From the human T2T-CHM13v2.0 reference genome, Homo sapiens, in the NCBI RefSeq assembly GCF_009914755.1, contig NC_060934.1: 64,000 nt of DNA; one strand, written 5' to 3'. Below the pieces are notes generated by a model. The model was not told the DNA's origin, searched no databases, and saw only the letters and a list, made by a program, of their open reading frames with translations. Position 1 is the first letter of the stretch, and every line of letters begins with the position of its first letter. The position numbers and the translations under genes are program-made. This document shows positions 16,250 to 35,171 of this stretch, piece after piece.

Positions 16250-18569
16250 GCCTGTGGGAGTTGCGGGACCAGGCCCAGGGCAGGTGAAGGGCTGGTCTGA
16301 GCCCCTGCCCTGGGTACAGACCTGGACGTTTCATGTGCTCTGCACCCACAGTAGGGGAACCCTGCAGCAGGGCAGCTTCCTCTGTATTTGTTCTTGAGCT
16401 GAGGCAGATGTTTCCTCCAGCTGGCCACTCGGCCCTCTGCCGTCCCCCAGAGTCGGGCCCTATTTTTAGCTCCATTGTTACTCACCCTGGGCATCTGGCT
16501 GCCAGGGGCGTGTGAGAGGCCATGGCTCCGGAAGGGGTACTCTCCCCCTGGGTCCCACGTGTTCTTTGCCCCCTGCCGGTCCCTGCTCTAAGCTTCCTAG
16601 TGTCCGTTGGGAAAGCTGGGGTGGCTTCAGTGGAGGAATGAGGGAGTGGCAGGTGAAGTGCAGGAAGAGCCAGCTGCGGAAACGGAGGCTGGGCTCTGTC
16701 TTGTACTGTAGAGAACTCTCTGGCCTGTTTTTTCACCTGCTTGATGGGACAGTTGCCCTGTGCTTCTCCCTTCCTCATAAGGTTGTCCTGAAGTTCCAAT
16801 GTGAAATGCACTTGGTAAAGTGGCATTTGGAATCTACAACTATTGTGGGCTGAATCCTGTTAGTAGGGCTGCCCCACAGAAGGAACATCAGACCCAGAGT
16901 GGGGAGGTGAGGCATGTACTTAGGAAACACCAGGCCACCGGGGTCAGGGCCAGGCTGGGTGGAGCACAGGCTGAGTGCTGCTTGGCTTGGAGCAGGAGGC
17001 CCATTCATTTCCACTGGATGTTGATGGATGTACTGAAGGGGGTGAGGGTGGCCTGGCGTGCCTGGTTGTGGGACCCACAAGGGTGAGGGCAGGGAAGGGC
17101 CTTAGGTCCTGGGAGGGCCTTGAGGGCCTTGAGCAGCTCTGTGGGGCAGCTCTGGAACTTCTCTCTAGGAGGGCACAGGGTGGGTCTGGGGGCAGGAAGC
17201 GCTGCAGCTTCTTCTGAGCGTGCAGCCAGTACACCAGCTCTGCTCCTGGCTGTTGGACACACAGGGCTTTCAGGAAACATTGATTTTGCACAAAGAATTC
17301 AGCCGCTGAAATGTCTGAAAACCACCCATCTATCTCGTCCAGATGGAAATAAGCGTGGGCTGTGCCGAACTCTTGGAAAGTCAGGGCTGGAGGAAAACTT
17401 CTAGTGGGGCTTTTTTTTCCTGTTCAACACTACGGGGCAGCTGGGATCTGGATTTGCCTAAAATATTGGGGATGTGTGGGGCAAATTCATGGTGTTGAGA
17501 TGAGGGTGCCTAAGGGGGTACTTGAGTGCTGGGCAAAGGAGTTTAGACTGGAGGCCACAGTGGTGGGTGGGATGGAGACAGATGCCCAGAATCCAGGTCA
17601 TGGTTCTCCCCAGCTCCTTGAAATGATGCTTTAGGTACCTGGGAGATTGCTGGAGGTTGGAAGTGGGGCTGAAGTGTGCTTTCCCACTGTCACTCTGGGT
17701 CTAGTCCCTGGTGGCAGCCAGGAGAGTGTCAGCAGGGCAGAGCACTGGGTGAGGTCTTAGGCCACTCTGAGTTTCTGCTGACCTTGAAATGTCCAAATGC
17801 CTGACTTCCTGGAAGTGAGCACATGAGCATTCCAGATACTCTTAACCCTATTCTCCCTGGGCCCCCCTCCCTAAGGCATTTGCCCCCAACACCTGGCTGC
17901 ATGGAACCTAGAGATAGACAGGAGCCAGCCTTTTTCAGAAGAAGGCATTGCCTTTCCGTGAGTTGACCAGCTCCTTCCTAATTGTTACACTCCCCTCCCT
18001 CTGCTCCTTCCTGAAAGAACCAACAGGGCAGGGTCCCTCCCATCCAGGTAACACCTTCTCGCTTCCCAGGGACTTCCTTGTCTCAGAAGGCTCCCTAGAG
18101 GGAAAAGGAGAGACTGCCCTCCAGATGCAGAGAGGCTTGTGGTCTTTCTCTGCCATTTTGGAGCAGTAGAGGCCAGGTCTCTATCTATAAGGTGGAACAA
18201 ACATTTAGCGGCTTGGGACTTTCGAAATCTCTGCAGCTGACTCAGGGAAAGCTGCTTCACCATGCTGTCTCGCAGTTAGTGGATGGTGCTCTAACGGTGT
18301 GCATCTCGTGTGTGTATCCTTAGCTATCCTGCAGGCCCTGGTGGGCAGGGATTACGTTCTGTGAACCACACACTTGGATCCTGGGCTCCCAGGATCCTGG
18401 AGTCACTCCGCCCAAACGTGGAGCTGCCAGCCCACAGTGTAGCCTGGCTTTCACCAGTAGGGAAACTTGACATTCTCCTGCAAGAGGAGAAAGAAATAAA
18501 TTCTCCCCTGTTCCCATGTGGCATGTGATCACTGAGGGTCAAACCTAAAAATAACAGAGTGCATTAATC

Positions 18570-19670
<1,101 letters not shown>

Positions 19671-20597
19671 GGCATTGTGAGATTTTTGATTAAATCTGGG
19701 CCATTTCCAGGCTGAAAAGCTGGACCAGAGCTTCAGGGCTTGAGTCTCTCACAGAGAGATTTCCCAATGGGGACATCAGTCCTGCCTTGGGACCAGAAAG
19801 CCACATGCTGTAGGCCAGGAAGGGGGAAGCAGGGGCTGAGCCCGAGGGAGAAAGGCTTTAGAGGTGTTAGCAGACAGCTCAGTGGCAGTGGTTAGAATTA
19901 GGGAGGCAGCGACCTCTTCTTAGTGTGGTCAGAGCATGCCAAGAAAGTGTGGTCTGTGTCTGGGCTGCTGAGGCCCGAGGGCAAGGGCCAAGCTCATTCA
20001 TAGGACAGTGGCCAAGAAGCGGGGACTGAAAGGCTTGGGAAAAGTAAGGAAGCTCTGCAGGTTCTGGGACACAAGTGAACATGGTAAGCAGTGGAAGGCC
20101 CACCCCAGGACAGGGTTAGACTGGGAGCACTGTCTCCTTGTAGCCCACAAGAGGCCAGGGCAGGGCCCAAGTACAGTGTGGAAGTCCAGCCTGGTGGACT
20201 GCAGGGATCCCTGCCCAAGCCCACCCCCTGCTCACCTCCTCCAGTGGCACCTTGTTGTTGCACATTTTTTAATTCATCAAGAGAAGCTGGAGATCTAGAT
20301 TTTTATTTGAAATTCATTGATTTCAAACTACGGGTGGCTAATTAGAGTGGAAAATACAAAACTATGATGATCATACAGATTGCTCCTGAGACCGACCCCT
20401 TTTTGCCTGTGGGCCACAAGCCGTCTCCCTCCAGTGAGGATGCATCCTCTGGGTCCTCAGGGGCAGAACCAGGAGGAATCCATGGAGCACTTCTCATAAG
20501 ACAGCTTAACACTTTTTTCAGTTTTACTTTTGAAATTTTTTAACCCCCATTTTTTTATTTGGAAAAATTTTAAACCTACAGACAAATTGAAAGAGTT

Positions 20598-20910
20598 CGC
20601 CGGGTGCGGTGGCTTATGCCTGTAATCTCACCACTTTGGGAGGCCGAGGTGGGTGCATCATTTGAGGTTAGGAGTTCGAGACCAGCCTGGCCAACATGGT
20701 GAAACCCCATCTCTGCAAAAAAAATAAATAAATAAATAATTAAAAAATTAGCCAGGAGTGGTGGCACATGCCTGTAGTCCCAGCTACTTGGGAGGCTGAG
20801 GCAGGAATTGCTTGAATCCGGGAGGCGGAGGTTGCAGTGAGCCGAGATTGCACCACTGCCCTCCAGCCTGGGCGACACAGTGAGAATCCATCTCAAAAGA
20901 TCAAAAAAAA
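20598..20910 (+). mobile_element. AluS inside an old L1MC fragment (~20510-21190)
   Basis: Alu consensus; flanking tatttcctaagaacaagggcattctc L1MC motif. Confidence 0.88.
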
Positions 20911-23465
20911 GGAAGAGTGCAGTAAGTAAACTCCTGTCTGCCAACACCAGGTAAGATTTGTTCCATTTACTTCTCTCTCTAAATCATGAACGTCAGACAT
21001 CAAGAGGCGTTACCCCCAAACGCTTCAGCCTGTATTTCCTAAGAACAAGGGCATTCTCCTTTTAGCCACAATCTGAGGATGTTAACTTATTTATCCAGCA
21101 TATACTCCATCCTCAAATTTTCCCAGTTGTCCTCAAAATGCTCATTACAGCCTTTCCCTGCTCCCCAATCTGAGATCCCATAGACAGAGCGGCAGAGCAG
21201 ACCCACTTGGAGGCAGGCAACTAGGGGTGCTGGAAAAGGTCCTGAATTCCAGGAACCTGCAGGCCCGTGATGGCTGGCCCACACCCGGTGACCCAGGGAC
21301 CGCTGCTGGCTGCGGGGCAGGCTTTGTCATCCCGAGAACCCGCCTGCCAGGTGAGCTGAGAGGGAGGCTTCCCCCTGCTCTCTGAGGGCGGGCAGGGACT
21401 TCCCCATCCCTCCACAGCTTCTCTCCACTCAGTGGGCCGACCTGATTTGCATTCCCACACTCTGCTGGCCCTGGGTGCTGGCCTCCATGTGCCACAGTGC
21501 CTCTGCGGGCCGTCCGGTCATTCTGTCCACCTTTGCCCACTTCCTGCTGCATGCCCACCTTGACTTGTCATCTCAGTGTGTGGCAGCCATGAGGCCTCCT
21601 TCCTGCCAGGACTTGGCGCTTGCTTCAAAGGCTCCCCAGGGATTGCAGGCTGAAGGCTAGAAGTCAGGGCTGCCCCCCGCAGTGGCAGCCCCGCCTGCAG
21701 AGCAAAGGACTGCATTTCCACACGTCCTCTAATTTCTGTTTTTAACTTTTAAACTATTTTTTTTCTAGTTTAGAAAAATATAAAAACACTTGAGAAACAC
21801 ATAATTTAGCAGGTGAAGGGTTCCTGTGATCCCAGCCCCCAAGACAGCTTTATTTTAACATTTAGATTGGACTCTTCCTAGTTTTAAAGAGAAAGAGGCT
21901 GAGGGGCAGAGGTCATGAAGGATGGGTCTGTGGGACCCCCAAGAGATGAAGGAGTCGGGGCCAGGAGCCTCTGCCTCCATGAAGCCTGTCACCTGGGAGG
22001 TTCATGTCTTTGACTTTGCTCAGCCGTCACCTCTTCTGTAAAGTGGGGATCCTAATTCTCGGCTCTCTTGAGGGCTGTAGCAAAGACACAAAAATCCTAC
22101 CAGACTGTACAAGTGGAATTATTGTCAGGGGAACACGCGCTGCAGTGGGCAGAGTGCGCCTGGGCAGAGGGCCAGGGTTAAGGACACGGGGCCGGAGGAG
22201 CATGGGGTGCTTTGAGGTGGGTGGGGTGAGGGTTCTCTGGGTGAAGAGTTGTGACCTTTGCCCAACTTGGAAACTTATACAAATAACTAAACTTAAAAAG
22301 AAAATGTTCCTAGGGTAATCATGTTCATTGTAAGATGTTTAGAAGCGATGGATGAGCAAAACAGAAGAAAATAAATATCACCCTGCAGCTCACTACTCAG
22401 GAATAAGTACCATTGCTGTTGAAGTAGATGGCCCCCAGTCTTTGGTGCCTACTTGTTGAGAACCAGCCTTGGCCCATCATCAGTAACCAGACAGGGTGGG
22501 GAGGTAAAGTGATGGAGAGACTCTGCCCTGCCCTCTTGGATCAGATTCAAAAGGGAAGGAGATAGGTCAGTCAGGTGCTAGTGGCCCAAAGCTGGTGGGG
22601 GCAGAGGGTTGGAGAGAACTGGGCTGACTCAGGCTGGGCACCTGTTCTTCCAGGGGTGGAGGACTTGTGCGAGGGCCCAGAGCAGAGCTGGGGCCTCCTG
22701 GTTCTTGAGGAAGGCCAAGAGCAGATGGGAACCTATCCCGAATGGCTTACCAGACAAAGCAGAATGAGGAGAGTGATGTGATGATCGTGGTTGTTAAGGA
22801 GGGTGGCTGCTGTGGCCCAGCCCAGCCTGGCTCTGCCCTGCTGGCTGCCTTGGTTGAGAGCCAGGGACTGCTGGCCATTCACAGATGGCGCCTGGGCGAG
22901 GCCCCTGGTTCTAGTCCTGGTCCTGAAGGTTCACGTCTGTGGCAGCTGGCAGTTGCTGGGAGTTCAGTGCAGGGTCAGCCATGGTGTGGGGGGATGAGGT
23001 CAGGGCAGATGAGGAGTTGGAGCCCTCGCTGTGCTGTGTGTCGGGCCATCCAGGTGTTGCTCTGCACACATTCACTGATTTCATCTTTATACGGTCCAGC
23101 AGGGGAGGTACCGGTGGTCCTCAGTTTACAGTTGGGGAAACAGTTTGGGGAAATCAAGCCATGAACCCAAGATAATGTGACTAATGCATGATAGAAGTGG
23201 GGTTCAGCTGGTGTCCTGCCCAGAGCCCACGATTCACAGAGCCTAAGCCCTGTGTCCCCAGCCAGGGGTCAGGATGTGAAGAGTTGCCACTCCTGCAAGC
23301 CCTCGCTTTTCTTTTTGTTCAATGGGAATGAAAACACCAACTTTCTGGGGCTTTTGCATGCCTCTAACAGATATTTATTAAACTCTTACCTGCCACAGGC
23401 ACTGGGCTCAGCCCTGAGTACCCTGAGCTGAGCAAGAGGTGTCCTCAGGGTCACAGAGGACTTAA

Positions 23466-24380
<915 letters not shown>

Positions 24381-24674
24381 ACACAGCCCAGCTTCAGAGG
24401 CCAATGGGCCAGTGTCCCCCAAACACCTAGAATCACCTTACCTTTATTGGCCAGGCCCTTTTCTGAGGTCTTTACCCACAAGATATTATTTAACTTTCGC
24501 AACTACCCCATGAAGGAGGTGCTACTGTTGTTCCCATTTCACAGAAGTGGCAGCAGAGGTCCAGAGAGGTTATGGGGCCAAGGTTGCACAGCTGATGAAT
24601 GACGGAGCTCAGTGGGAAGGTGTCACGAGAGGAGAACATTGTGGGACAAAGGATGGGGACACCTCTTGTTTTTA

Positions 24675-26070
<1,396 letters not shown>

Positions 26071-26494
26071 GATTAAATGAGATAATATACGTCAAACGCC
26101 TTGCAGTCAGAGATTGACCCATTGGCCCTCCTGGTGTACCCCTCTCTGCGCTCAGGGTCTCTGGCTCTCTCAGGTGGCTGTTCAAACCCCACCTCACCCC
26201 AGTGAGTCCCCGACCCCTGCCCCCTGGCAGACACATGAGTCACACACTCTCGACCAACACAGTGACTGACTAGCATAATTCCATACTGACACATCTCTGT
26301 GTGTTCACAACACAGTCTTCCTGTTTGCCTCAGGCCAGAGGCAGTGCAGCCCAGCCAGGGAGCCTTGGGTCTGGAGAAAGGAGCCCTGAGTCCCAATTCT
26401 GTCCTTGTGGCCACTTGCTGTGTGAATGGGGGCATATCACTCTCCTGTTCTGTGCCTCAGTTGCCTCATCTGTGGAAAGAGAGCATTTTACTAT

Positions 26495-26628
26495 GTTTTA
26501 TTTTTTGTAAATGAGACAGAGTCTCGCTATGTTGCCCAGGCTGGTCTTGAACTCTTGGGCTCAAGCAGTCTGCCCACCTCAGCCTCCCAAAGTAGTGGGA
26601 TTACAGGTGTGAGCTACTGTGCCTGGCC
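26495..26628 (-). mobile_element. FLAM
   Basis: Antisense Alu monomer. Confidence 0.85.
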
Positions 26629-26629
26629 T

Positions 26630-27320
<691 letters not shown>

Positions 27321-28016
27321 GATGAACTTCAGGGATGTGGCCAGCTCTGAATCTGCTTTTTGGGGGATACAGGGCAGGGGGTCTTGAGTGGTTAGGCCTC
27401 AGCAGCGATAGGGTCTTGCAGCAACAGCCATTTGTGGAGATTGCTGTGGTCTCAGCATCTCTAAGGTGGGACTTGGGATTGTGCCAGAGGGTCTGGGATT
27501 CCGGCCGGCGGGGAGGGCAGGAAAAAGGGACGGGGTGGGCGTAGTGGCTGGGGTCAGTGGCAGACAGCCACCTTTCTGCTGCAGTCTGAGAAGCCAGACT
27601 CTATTTTGGAAAAGCTACCAGTCATCTTTTTCAAGCTCACTGGGCTTGACATGCTGGGAGGTTGTGGCTGCTGCACCCTGGAAGGACAAAGAAGGTGGGG
27701 GTTTGTAAACTTTAGATTCGAGGTGGGGAAACCAAGATTGGAATGGTGATGGTTCATTTCCCCCAGAACCATACACAAAGCAATGGACTTCTACTCCCAA
27801 GATATTTAGGAATCAGCTCTTGAACCTCTTGCCTATTGTTCCTACCCCAGGGCCCAGAATGGGCATCTCTAGCTTCCCCTGGGCTTGAATACTGCCATTG
27901 ACAAAAGGCTCACCACTCTGGCAGGTTGGGTGAGTATGTTGGAGCATCAGGCAGCTAGTGGGTGAGTTGGAGCTAATGTCCCACCTTTTGAAGCTTGAGT
28001 CCTCTTAAGGAAATGA

Positions 28017-28464
<448 letters not shown>

Positions 28465-28919
28465 TGATTCTGTGGCTTTTTAGCTGGATACTGAGGGCTT
28501 CCATGGGTGAGATGGGTCCTGGAGTCCCTGACTGTGTATTGGAAGCTGTGTATCTCTCTAGGAGGCCTCGTCAGGCAGAGAGTGGAGTGGATGGGGTTGG
28601 GAGTTGTTCAGATCCAAGAGGGAAGGGGACAGTGTGAGGTGCTTTTTTTGCTAGGGTCAGCTCTAAAGAGGCAGGGAGGAAGCTGAGGGGCAGTTGTCAA
28701 CTGCTGCCCCTTCCCAAAGACCAGCTGTCCTCATCTGAAAATGGACACAATGAGGCCTCATCCTTATAGGGTTCTGGGGATCGATATGACATAAAGCATC
28801 CAGCAAGGTGCCCAGCGCTTCATGAGGGCTTTGGAATATTAATAACAGAAGCAGAGAAGATGGAAGAGGGCCTGTGTTTGTGGGTGGGGAATGTTCTTCC
28901 CTTAAAGCAAGGTTTCCTC

Positions 28920-29215
28920 TTTTTTCTTTTTTTTCGAGATGGAGTCTTGCTCTGTCGCCCAGGCTGAAGTGCAGTGGCATGATCTCGGCTCACTGCAACC
29001 TCTGCCTCCTGGGTTCAAGGATTCTCCTGCCTCAGCCTCCCGAGTAGCTGGGATTCCAGGAGCCCGCCACCATGCCCGGCTAATTTTTTTTATTTTTAGT
29101 AGAGACGGGGTTTCACCATGTTGGCGAGGCTGGTCTTGAACTCCTAACCTCAAGTGATCTGCCCGCTTTGGCCTTCCAAAGTGCTAGGATTACAGGCATG
29201 AAGCAAGCGCAGCTG
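28920..29215 (-). mobile_element. AluS
   Basis: Antisense Alu; ggtttcctcttttt TSD. Confidence 0.95.
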
Positions 29216-32200
29216 GTTTCCTCTTTTTTTTTGTGCCAAGGACCCCCAAGCAGAAGCCCATGGACTCCTTCTCAGAATGCTTTTAAATACATAAAATAGG
29301 TGGGGTTACAAAGGAAATATGTTTCATTGAGAGAACTGTCAAAATACTTAAACACATTGCGTTTAAATAATAAACAGTAAACAAATGGTAATATTTGTCC
29401 TTAGGTATTATTGCACTAATAAGATAACCCATTAGGCAAATTAAGGTTACATTTTACTTTTGAAGAGACTCATCAGTGACAAGGCTGCAGTGGCTCAGCT
29501 TCAATGGGGGTGTCACACTGGGGAGTGTCTTTGAGGGAAAGGCTTGTGCCCCGCATGGTGGACACCCAGGCCGTTGTGATTTTTTTTTTGAGGTTTCGCA
29601 AGTATTGCAAATCCCACTTTGCAAATGTAATTGCAGCTTCTTTGCAGCTAGTTTTATAAGGCAAGGTCAGGCTTCTGTCTAGGATTGCTAGGATTCTCCA
29701 AGCTTGTTGAGTTCACCTGAATCATGAGGACCCATAGTGGGAGTGGGGAGTGGTTTAAGAGCACCAGGTGCAGAATTGCCCGAAGCTGGCCAGGTGCGTC
29801 AGCCCAGCGTCTGTAGGCAGGGGACCGGGGGCACACGTGGTCCCTGGTGGGTCTGATAATGACTGTTGTTTAGAAGAGTGGTATCGTAAGCGACATTTCC
29901 AGATCCCACTGCAATGTGGCGTGAAAATGGCTGTGAGCTCCGTGGGCACTGCCTCACACTCCATTGTCACTGCAGGAGCAGCCCTCACTCATGACCAAAG
30001 GAGAGTTAGAAGGTAGGAAATAAAGGCATAAACAATTCACCAACTATGCAGGGACATCTCATCCCAACCCACTTCCCCCTGTCTTTCCCTAGCAGAGGTT
30101 TGAGCACTAGGCACCCCACCTGCACCCCTACCTTTGCTGACCCCTGTCCCTGGCAGGTGACCGCCGTGCTGTGACCACTGGGACCACTAATCTGAGGCGC
30201 CAGATCCCCCTGAAGCTGGAAGGGGCTTTCAGACCATCCCAACCCTCACTATCATTTTACAGTGGCTGTGGACACTGAGGCCCAGAGAGGGGAAGGAAGT
30301 GGTCCAAGGCCCTTCAGTGTGTGGCCAGCAGGAGGAAGGCCCCACGCTGGTGAGGTTCTTTCTGGCAGAGTTGAGAGAGATTTCAGGGTGAGAGCTACAG
30401 TGTGACAAGCCTGGGGTTGCACCCCCCTCTAGATATTTTGGAGGTGGGCTTGATTTTCAAAGGACATTGCTCTCCCACCCCTAACTGCCTGTTCTACCCC
30501 TGCGGCCTGCAGCTGTGAACATCTGTGTCGTCTCTGGGCCACCCTTGCAGGGCACCAGCTGTAGCCTGTCATTGCCTCTGGAGCCCATGAGAGGTGAGGG
30601 TGGCTGGAACTGGAGCTGGGGGCAGGCAGGGGAGGAGAGGCGGAGGTGTCAGGCCGAGCCCAGCCCTGTGGGGACGGGCCCTGATGCCTGGCCTTGGCCT
30701 GAAGCTGTGGCCAGCTGTTGCCTTCTGCAGACCCTTCTGTGTCCTGCCCATCCTCTCCCTCGGGAGAGCTGCCCTGAGCCCTTGTTCTCCAGGCTGTTCC
30801 CACACATGTCTTTTTGGCCCAGGTTGCTGGGAGGGGTCTGGGAAAGTTTGATGAGGGCCGTTTGGGGCCTGCCAGGGCTGGTGAGGTGGAGAGAAGGTTC
30901 CGCTCTGCCCTTGGCCAGTGAGGGGGCCACTGCAGAGCTCCCTCCCCTCTTTGAGCTGCCTATTTTTCTGTTTGGGAACATAGAGGCTCATTCCCTCCAC
31001 CCTTGCCAAAAAGAGAGAGAAAGAGAGGGAGAAATTAGGGTGTGGAGCACCATGGAGATGGGGCTCTTTTAAACACAAGGTGTGTGTGTTAACGAAGCTG
31101 TCACGAGGCTCCTGGGAGTTTTCAAGGGTGACAGGCGTGAGTGGGGTTGGGGGTGGGAGGATCTTTCCAGACTGGAGAGGGATGGGTGGCTGTTTGAGAA
31201 GGTTCTGGGAGGGCCGATGAGTCTGGAGTTGTTCTCTCTGAGAGTCCCTGAATGGGAGGTGGCTCTAGGGTAGGAGCCTGAGTGCATGGTCCAGAGGAGG
31301 CCTGGGGAACACCCACCTGGGGATCAGAGCTCTGGTTCAGGACCTGGGGAAGAAAGGACAGTGAGCTCAGCCTTCAGACTGACCTGACCTCAGCTTCATG
31401 CTGACCCCATGACCCTACCTTCCACTTCTTGAGGTGATGCTGCTGCTTATGGGAGGGCTGGGGGGAGTGTGGATGGTTGGGAGCAGACAGTCCCTACTGA
31501 TGTGGAGCAGCTTGTGCCTGGTTGAGGGCAGCTGGGAAGGTTGCCATGCTCTAAGGATGCTTATTGTCCATGGATGCTTATTGTCCTGGTGCTTCTGCAG
31601 AGTCGAGGGGTTGGGGGCTGGCAGGGCAGCTTGCCCCGATCCCCAGTCCTGGACCATCAGTATGTGGGGCCAGTGGCCACGGAGCTCCCAGAAAGTTCCT
31701 TGAGCCTCTGTCCCTCCTGTCTGTCGCCCTCTGTCCATGTGGAATTCCCAGCCCCCTCCCTTCTCTGCAGCTCTGGCTCTCGGACCCCTGAGCCACTCCT
31801 TCCCCATCCCTTGACCAGCCCTTAAAAGATGTCCCAGCCATCTTTTGTAGCCATTCCTTTATTCTTTAAATAGGTTTTAACCATATTACCCAGTGTTTGG
31901 AGGAGAAAAATTAGAAAATACAGATAAGCAAAAAAGAGAAAATAAAAATCGTCCATAATCTCATCACTTGCAGATAACTCATGCTAGCATCCTGGTGTCT
32001 GTCCCTTGGACTCATCCTGATGCCCTTTCGTGAGTTAAGGTGGGGCTGTGGCCTGCACTTCCTATGCAACCTGCTCTGTCCTAGATGTCTTTCCATGTCA
32101 GCCAATGATATTTTTAATGGCTGTTTAACATTCTACCCTATAGATGTCTCATTATTTATTCAGCAAATCCTCTGCTGTGGGCTAGAGGTTGTTTCCAATG

Positions 32201-32384
32201 TTGTGTGATTATAAACAACACCCCAGTCAACAAAACATCGTGGTACACCACTTTGTGTACACATCCTCAAGTATTTCCTTAGGAGGGAGCCTTGCAGGAG
32301 GACTGCCGAATCCCCGAGGGTGCCCGGCGTTCTTCAAGTGGGGTGGGAGCTGTGCCTGTTGAGGATATAGATGTTGATTCAGAT

Positions 32385-32761
<377 letters not shown>

Positions 32762-33334
32762 TGATAGCTCACCTAATCTGGACTTCCCTGGCCTTATTTT
32801 ATGACATTCGTGGCTATATGTCCTTCTGCATCCGTTCCCATCCAAAGCCTTCAAATCCAAGTCTGACTTCCTTCTTTGCATCTGTCTGCCCCTGGTTCTT
32901 TCTCGGTGACATTTCCTGCTTCTCCTAGCCTGAAAGGTCTGGCCTTTGTCTATACCACCTGAAATAGTCACTTTGAACTCTAGGCCCTGACCTGCTGTGG
33001 ATGATTCACCTCTTTCTGTCTCATTTTCACAAGAGGAGTGTAAACTAAAGGGGTTGGGGGCTGCATCTTTATGTCTGTCTATGTCCGTGACTCCCCCAAA
33101 GCATCGGTAAAGGGCCGGGTATAGAGCAGGCACTCAGTGAGCATGTGATCTTCTGGGCCCCACGGTGTAGGAGGCAAGCCTGCCTCTGTCTCCAGCTGCA
33201 GAGTGAGCTGCCTTTCTCTGTATGGTGGAGGGCGAGAGGTGGGTCAGGTCTCCTGCTGTGGATTTTCCCATCCCCTCCTTCACTGCACACCCTCTTATCC
33301 TACAGGTCTGGGGTCCTGAGGCTGCTGGCAGACT

Positions 33335-33519
33335 ATGGGTACAACGGCCAGCACAGCCCAGCAGACGGTCTCGGCAGGCACCCCATTTGAGGGCCTACAG
33401 GGCAGTGGCACGATGGACAGTCGGCACTCCGTCAGCATCCACTCCTTCCAGAGCACTAGCTTGCATAACAGCAAGGCCAAGTCCATCATCCCCAACAAGG
33501 TGGCCCCTGTTGTGATCAC
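33335..33519 (+). CDS. PALD1: PALD1 exon 2 coding part (exon starts 33306; ATG 33335; aa 1-62)
   Basis: tacag|gtctg acceptor; actATGG strong Kozak; MGTTAS fits the MGxxxS N-myristoylation consensus; donor ac|gtgagt. Confidence 0.96.
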
Positions 33520-34794
33520 GTGAGTGGCAGGGGGAGTGTGCCCATGTCCCTGGGAGACATGATGGGCGGGGGGACCTGCTTGGGGGTGCAGTGGCATACA
33601 GCACTTAACGCTTGCAGACTGGATTCGGGTTCATAGATGATGACACTGAGGCCCAGGGAGATGAAGCAGTTCATTGGGAGTCACACTGCATGCACCTGGC
33701 AGAGCTGGTCTCTGTCATGGGTCTCTGAGCCCATGCTACTCACCACGTCCACAGTGTGGGGGAATGCGGAGGAGGAGGCATGGCTGGGGGACCCCCCTTT
33801 TGAAAATAATTTTTGGCTTAACATTTTCAAAAGAAGTTTATATACTTGATGGATGAAATTGGGATTTCTTTTTCACAGACAGTAATTATGGCTCAAAACT
33901 GAGGCTAACACCAGGCTGTTGAAGGGCCTTGGGCTGAAGGAGCTGGAAGCTGCTAGTTGGCTGTCCTAATGATGCCCCTCAGGGCTTGTTCTGGCAGCAT
34001 GTTCTGGTGTTCTGAGATCTGTACATACTGTGTGCATCCAGAGGAAGAGGGTTATGATGGGTCCCTGAAACCCTGTCTGCCCTGTGGGGCTTGGAGGAAG
34101 GGGTGGGTGCTGGAGAGCCATGCTGGGGAGGACAGGAAGATGGAGGGGATGTTGGATCCATCTCCTGGTGCGTTGAGAAGCCTTGTACTTTCCACACCTC
34201 TGCCCACTGTGCTCCCCTCCTCTGGGTCTTCCAGGATGCAGGAAGCAGGAGATGACTAGCTAGGAATTAAATGTGTTCCGCACATCAAAGTTTGGCAAAG
34301 ACTTAGCAGATGGGTCCTTCTGTATAAGGAAACCTGAGGGGTGGGAATGATAAACCCTGCCTGCCAGCTCTGGGGCCTGCCAGGAAAACCATCATCATAA
34401 TCAATTCTTGGGCTTCTGGTAAGGGGAGGAAAAGGGATGTCATATAAAAGAGACTTGATATGGAGTCTCTGTACTGACAAATGACAAAGGTGGGTTTGGG
34501 GCCTGAAGGTAGCACGAAGACTCGTGCCCCAGGCCTGGTTCTGCCCTTGCTTTGTTCTGTGACCTTGCACAAGTTCCTTTCCCTCTCTGGGCCTCAGTTT
34601 CCTTATCAACATAAGCAGAGATGACATTCAGAATATTTAACCAAGTGATGTGTCTCAGAACAGTTGCTGACCAGCCGTAAAAATCCTGTACACAGGGCTG
34701 TGCTTAGGGCCTGGAGCCAGCCATGAGCACAGCACTTTTTGGGGGTGTAGAATGTTTGAAGTGGAAGGGACCTCTAGAGATCATCCAATAGAGG

Positions 34795-35008
34795 AGTCAG
34801 CAAACTACATCCTGCAGGCCCAATGTGGCCTGTTTTCTTCAAATAAAGTTTTATTGGAATGTTGACACTTCCTTTCACTTACATAGTATCTGTGGATGCT
34901 TAGGGCCTCAATGGCAGAATTGAGTAGTTGCAACAGGCGCTGTATGGCCCACAAAGCAAGTATTTACTGTGTGGCCCTTTCCAGAAAAGGAATGGCAACC
35001 CGTGATCT
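34795..35008. mobile_element. MER58A-like hAT element
   Basis: cagcaaactac...aataaagttttattggaa...ggccctttccagaaaa. Confidence 0.8.
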
Positions 35009-35171
35009 AATGCATTTTAGCTCAGATGTGAAAACTGGGTTTCAGGGAGGTAGAGAGATTTGCTCCCCATTGGTCACGTGGTAACAAGGAGGCAGAGCTG
35101 GAGTGGGAACCCAGGCCTCTTCTAGTGCTCCTCTGCCATACCCATTCCACCCCCTGCCTTTCCAAAAGGCA

